Shown piece by piece: positions 59,553 through 64,000 of a stretch of 64,000 nucleotides of DNA. Origin of the DNA: Pseudobacteriovorax sp. (GTDB lineage Bacteria > Bdellovibrionota_B > Oligoflexia > Oligoflexales > Oligoflexaceae); NCBI GenBank assembly GCA_050293845.1, contig JBNKNM010000004.1:1-64000 (forward strand), written 5' to 3'. A program made the position numbers and the translations under genes. The first letter of the stretch is position 1; every line of letters begins with the position of its first letter. The notes beneath the pieces were generated by a model, which saw only the letters and a program-made list of their open reading frames with translations, was not told where the DNA came from and ran no database searches.

Positions 59553-60077
59553 ATGAAGCCTATATTTGCAATTACCCTATTTACAGTCTCTGGATTTCTG
59601 TCTGCTCACGGAGCAAAACCTCATTCCAAAGAAGTGCAAGGTGATGACATTATTAATCAACAAACTGTTAAAAAAGCAGACAAGGATGCATTTAGAAATA
59701 AGATACATAATCAAATCAATACGAGCTACCAATTGGCAGCTAAGGATATTCTGACTCGTTCGTGCTTCGATTGCCATGGAACTAAAACACGGTTTCCTTG
59801 GTACTACAATCTACCAGTTGTGAAAGATATAATTGACAACGATATTTCTGAAGCAAAAAAGCACTTAAAAATCCTCGAAATTTTCCCATTTAGTAGTCAT
59901 GCATCCAATGTTGCTGATTTGAAAGCAATTTGGAAGTCAATTGAAAATGACGACATGCCACCACTAGGATATAGAATTATGCATGGCAATAGTCAACTTA
60001 GTATCAAAGAAAAAAAGCAGATTAAGGACTGGATAGACTATTCACTTGAGAGGTTACAATGCAATTTGCCGTGTTAA
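59553..60077 (+). CDS. Haem-binding domain protein
   Basis: RSCFDCH, FPWY, DMPP..Y..MH. Confidence 0.8.
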   Translation: MKPIFAITLFTVSGFLSAHGAKPHSKEVQGDDIINQQTVKKADKDAFRNKIHNQINTSYQLAAKDILTRSCFDCHGTKTRFPWYYNLPVVKDIIDNDISEAKKHLKILEIFPFSSHASNVADLKAIWKSIENDDMPPLGYRIMHGNSQLSIKEKKQIKDWIDYSLERLQCNLPC

Positions 60078-61255
60078 TGTTATTAACTATAGCTACTCCT
60101 GCAATGTCGGCAACTTTTAGCGAAATTATTGAATCGATCGTATCTCATCAAAAGATCAAATCTCTACAAAATAGATCCTATGCTTTAAAAGCTGAATCTC
60201 GGAGTAAAGGCTCCTGGGGTGATCCTATGTTCAAATTATCTCTTAAAAATATCCCAAAGGAAACCCTTAGCGCTGACGAAACTCCCATGTCCGGAAAAGA
60301 GATTGCTGTATCACAGGTAGTTCCTTTAACTTCAAGGCTGGGAGACCAAGAAGATGCTTTGAGATACATGTCCCAATCAAAGAATTGGGAAGCACTTTTG
60401 ACCCGAGATAACTTAATTCAGCAGTTCTGGCAATATCTAATCACAGATCGTAGGCTACGTGAAGAATTGACAATCCTACGTGAGAATCTAATCTGGATAT
60501 CAAAAATGATTTCAGTATCTAGAAATCTATATGCTACAGGCAAACAGTCACAGCAAGCACTTTTAGAACTTGAAATCAGGAAATCGGAGCTTAAAAGTGA
60601 TATTAGATCGAAGGAATTGGCCATTGAGATAGAAAAATCTACCCTTCTCTATCTACTAAATGGAGTCGATCACGGTGATGTTGCGAAAGTTCCATGGAGC
60701 CTACTGGAGAAGGAAACAAAAGATATAGATAAGAAAGAAAAGATGCTAGAAGCCGCGGTTGTCGCTTCAAATTACCTCCACACCGCAAAGAACAAAGCGC
60801 GAATTCCAGATATCACTTTTTCCTTAGGCTATACCAAGCGCGAATTTGACGATAACTTGGGAGATTTTGTGTCTTTTGGAGCTAGTATACCAATACCTAG
60901 CTCTGACAGACGATATGCTGACATTGTAATGACAGCATACAACAAGACTTCGATGGAAAATAGTCTTAACGACTATAGAAATCAAAAACGTTCCAAATTG
61001 CATTCACTCCAGAAAAGGTCCGAACAACTTAAAGAAGAGCTTTCAATTCTAGCAAAAGAAACCATTAAATACGCTGAAAATGCAATGCAGATTACAACAA
61101 AATCTTATCAGTTGGGAGAGTCGACATATATTGAGCTCTTACAACTAGAGCTAAAATTACAGGTACTGAAAATCAAACAAGTAGGACTGAACGCAAACCT
61201 TTTGGCTACAAAGCTCCAGATAAAAACTCTTCAGGGAGAAAAACTCTATGAATAA
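60059..61255 (+). CDS. TolC/CusC-family outer membrane protein
   Basis: Signal peptide, WGDPMF, IPDITFSLGY, SYQLG; first gene of the RND trio. Confidence 0.8.
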   Translation: MQFAVLMLLTIATPAMSATFSEIIESIVSHQKIKSLQNRSYALKAESRSKGSWGDPMFKLSLKNIPKETLSADETPMSGKEIAVSQVVPLTSRLGDQEDALRYMSQSKNWEALLTRDNLIQQFWQYLITDRRLREELTILRENLIWISKMISVSRNLYATGKQSQQALLELEIRKSELKSDIRSKELAIEIEKSTLLYLLNGVDHGDVAKVPWSLLEKETKDIDKKEKMLEAAVVASNYLHTAKNKARIPDITFSLGYTKREFDDNLGDFVSFGASIPIPSSDRRYADIVMTAYNKTSMENSLNDYRNQKRSKLHSLQKRSEQLKEELSILAKETIKYAENAMQITTKSYQLGESTYIELLQLELKLQVLKIKQVGLNANLLATKLQIKTLQGEKLYE

Positions 61256-62648
61256 TTTTGCCATCGTCATTGCGATAATAATGGTTGTTATTTCTTGTAC
61301 GAAACCTAGCGGTAACGGGATAGAAGCCAAAAGAGCAGGTAGCGAAGATCACTCTGGTCATCTTCACTTGGACGAGAACAGAATTAGTTCTTACTACACT
61401 TGCTCCATGCATCCACAAATTCGAGAGAATAGCCCTGGAAAATGTCCTATCTGCGGAATGAATCTTGTTAAGGTGGAAGTCGAAGAGGATGACGAAAAAC
61501 CGAAAGTTACACCCATTGTTCAGGAGTGGAGATGCAAGGATTACCCAGAGGTAACTAGTGCTTCGGACGAACCATGCCCGATTGATGGTTCCCCCATGAT
61601 TCTAATTGAGCAATCAGCTATGAATCCCGGTGACGCCATTGCAGAGGTTAAACTCCGTAAATCACAGCTATCACACTTTTCACCTAGTTACTTTCCAGTT
61701 ACGACTATGCGAATGACAAAAAGCATTCGACTTTTAGGATCGGTGATGCAATCGGAAGAGAAAGAAAGCACAATACCGGCACGAGTTGAAGGACGAGTTG
61801 AAAAGGTCTACCCAAAATCAACAGGAAGCTTTATCCAAAAAGGAGATCCTGTCGTTCAACTCTATAGCCCGAAGCTAATCACAACTGGGCAGGAGTATAT
61901 AGTTTCAAGAAATAGCTACGAAGAAAATAGAAATAGTGACTTCAAAGCTCTAATGGAGAATGCAGCGGAGAGACTTGAATCTTTTGGAATTCGAAAGTTT
62001 CAGTATGAAGCATGGTATAAGAAAAAATCGGTCCCAGACAAAATCATTCTTTATTCTCACACTTCAGGAATTGTTAGAACAAAAAACGCAACTGTTGGAA
62101 AGTACTTTAAAGAAGGTCAGAATCTTTTTGAAATTACAGATTTATCTGATGTATGGGTAGAACTTGATGTGTACGAACATGACTCTGCTATCGTTAAAAT
62201 GAATCAGAGTGTAGAGCTAAAATTCTCTTCTTCTCCTGGCACAATTATTGAAAGCAATATCGATTTTATTGCTCCAATTCTAGATAGCAACTCACGAACT
62301 CTTAAGGTTCGCGCGACAATAGCAAATCCGGATGGAGTTTTGAAGCCCGGGATGATTGCTGAAGCAAATCTAGAGGTTGTGTTTGAAGGAAAGCCTCTTG
62401 TAATACCTCGAACGGCGATTATAAACACTGGTAAGAGAAAAGTTGTTTGGACCAAAATATCGGAAAAAAAGTTTCAAGCTAAAATTGTACACACAGGTTT
62501 TGAATCAGAAGGTTACGTAGAAATTAAACATGGACTGATGGAAAACGAAGAAGTTATCATAGATGGCAATTTCCTTCTCGACGCGCAAGCTCAGCTTTTT
62601 GGTGGATATAGCGATATGACCAGCAAAAGCAGCACTCATCAACACTAG
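61248..62648 (+). CDS. cusB: CusB-family efflux adaptor
   Basis: YTCSMHPQI...CPICGM, LYSPKL, DLSDVWV, LKPGM, GNFLLD. Confidence 0.88.
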   Translation: MNNFAIVIAIIMVVISCTKPSGNGIEAKRAGSEDHSGHLHLDENRISSYYTCSMHPQIRENSPGKCPICGMNLVKVEVEEDDEKPKVTPIVQEWRCKDYPEVTSASDEPCPIDGSPMILIEQSAMNPGDAIAEVKLRKSQLSHFSPSYFPVTTMRMTKSIRLLGSVMQSEEKESTIPARVEGRVEKVYPKSTGSFIQKGDPVVQLYSPKLITTGQEYIVSRNSYEENRNSDFKALMENAAERLESFGIRKFQYEAWYKKKSVPDKIILYSHTSGIVRTKNATVGKYFKEGQNLFEITDLSDVWVELDVYEHDSAIVKMNQSVELKFSSSPGTIIESNIDFIAPILDSNSRTLKVRATIANPDGVLKPGMIAEANLEVVFEGKPLVIPRTAIINTGKRKVVWTKISEKKFQAKIVHTGFESEGYVEIKHGLMENEEVIIDGNFLLDAQAQLFGGYSDMTSKSSTHQH

Positions 62649-62656
62649 GGGATCTC

Positions 62657-64000
62657 ATGATTCAAAAACTCATTGAAACTGCGATTCGGAATCGAATTTT
62701 GGTTGTTTGTATTTTTATTGGGATAGCACTTGCATCTGTATTTAGTATTCAAAATGCAAAAGTTGATGCCATTCCAGATATTGGAGAAAATCAACAGATC
62801 GTTTTCACAGAATGGCAAGGACGATCCCCTAAGGATATCGAAGAACAAATTACCTATCCTCTTAGCATAGCCTTGCAGGGCATCCCTGGAGTCAAGCAAG
62901 TAAGGGGAATGTCTGCCTTTGGTTTTTCAACAATTTATATTATCTTCAAAGAAGGCATCGATTTCTATTGGAGCCGTTCCCGCGTTCTAGAAAAAATATC
63001 CACTGCTGCCAGTTTGGTCCCATCGGGAGTTGTACCAACGATGGGACCAGATGCTACCGGTCTCGGGCAAATTTATTGGTATACAGTGGAAAATTCAGCA
63101 AATGCCTTAAACCCAAAATCTCTAGCAGAACTAAGGTCTATTCAAGAATTCTACGTCCGATACGGTCTCCAAGGTGTCGATGGAGTCAGTGAAGTCGCAA
63201 GTGTTGGCGGGTTTCTAAAGGAATATCAAATTGATGTAGACCCCAATAAGCTTTTCGCATTGAACATTCATTTTAGCGCCCTACTCAGAGCGATAAAAAA
63301 CAGCAATATCGACGTCGGCGCAGAGGTTATTGAAGATGGAGATCGAGAGTTTATTGTTCGAGGAAAAGGTTTTTTTAGGTCCATATCAGACATAGAAAAC
63401 GTTGTCGTCGACGTAAAGAAAGGATCTCCTATCCGGGTGAAAGATGTTGCAAATGTTGGCACTGGTCCAGGATTTCGTCGAGGCGCATTGGATAAAAATG
63501 GAACAGAAGCAGTGGGTGGTGTGGTTACCATGCGCTTTGGAGAAAATCCCCAAGTTGTAATTGATCGTGTAAAATCAAGGTTAGAATCTCTAAAAACGGG
63601 ACTTCCTAAGGGGGTTCAGATAGTGCCTTTCTACGATCGAACGGAATTAATTCAAAATACGATGAATACAGTCTATTCGGCCTTGACTCAGGAAATAGTA
63701 ATCACAGTAATTGTCATACTGGCCTTTCTTCTACATTTTAACTCATCAATATTGGTTTCCCTAACTCTTCCTTTTGGAGTAGGTATTAGCTTTATATTAA
63801 TGAAGTTACTAGATATTGACTCGAATGTAATGAGTCTATCAGGAATGGTGATAGCTATCGGCTCGATGGTAGATATGGGCATCATCATGACAGAGAACAT
63901 CTATTCATCACTGGCAAATCATCCCAATGCAAATAAAAAGCAAAGAATAGAAATAATCGTAGCATCGGCAAGAGAAGTTGGCCCCGCAATTCTAACAGCT
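62657..64000 (+). CDS. cusA: CusA/CzcA heavy-metal RND permease (runs off window; not in ORF track)
   Basis: MIQKLIETAIRNR...VDAIPDIGENQQIVFTEWQGRSPKDIEEQITYPL...GPDATGLGQ...NVMSLSG. Confidence 0.92.
   Translation, partial: MIQKLIETAIRNRILVVCIFIGIALASVFSIQNAKVDAIPDIGENQQIVFTEWQGRSPKDIEEQITYPLSIALQGIPGVKQVRGMSAFGFSTIYIIFKEGIDFYWSRSRVLEKISTAASLVPSGVVPTMGPDATGLGQIYWYTVENSANALNPKSLAELRSIQEFYVRYGLQGVDGVSEVASVGGFLKEYQIDVDPNKLFALNIHFSALLRAIKNSNIDVGAEVIEDGDREFIVRGKGFFRSISDIENVVVDVKKGSPIRVKDVANVGTGPGFRRGALDKNGTEAVGGVVTMRFGENPQVVIDRVKSRLESLKTGLPKGVQIVPFYDRTELIQNTMNTVYSALTQEIVITVIVILAFLLHFNSSILVSLTLPFGVGISFILMKLLDIDSNVMSLSGMVIAIGSMVDMGIIMTENIYSSLANHPNANKKQRIEIIVASAREVGPAILTA

Overview
Nearly the whole window reads as one large temperate phage element with cargo. 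From left to right it contains the following. (1) 1-9.6 kb: an AT-rich, defence-like cluster (HsdR-N-type protein, HEPN protein, a complete IS3 element, a membrane protein, a small ORF plus PemK-like pair, an OLD-type ATPase/TOPRIM nuclease) around a lambda-like cos sequence. (2) 9.9-30 kb: a lambda-type terminase/portal/protease-capsid head joined to a Mu-type contractile tail. A dual-frame C5 methyltransferase sits inside the baseplate genes, followed by a secreted collagen-like gene and a TIGR02594-type lysin. (3) 30-32.5 kb: a reversed three-gene module (HTH Rep-like, membrane, Zn-ribbon) with iteron-like repeats and a structured leader. (4) 33.0 kb: the 3' half of a tRNA(CAT) in attP-like context next to integrase/excisionase. 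(5) 34.6-50.5 kb: immunity, RecE/RecT-like recombination, replication, several antirepressor-like genes, displaced holin-like and gpZ-like genes, an adenine/N4C methyltransferase, and an RmInt1-like group II intron inserted in a repeat array before a KfrA-like gene. (6) 51-64 kb: a copper-resistance island (CsoR, CopA, ECF sigma/anti-sigma, CusCBA) with three identical ECF promoter motifs. Some gene types suggest a Bdellovibrionota/Oligoflexia host (inference only). All calls come from reading motifs by eye; no database searches were run.
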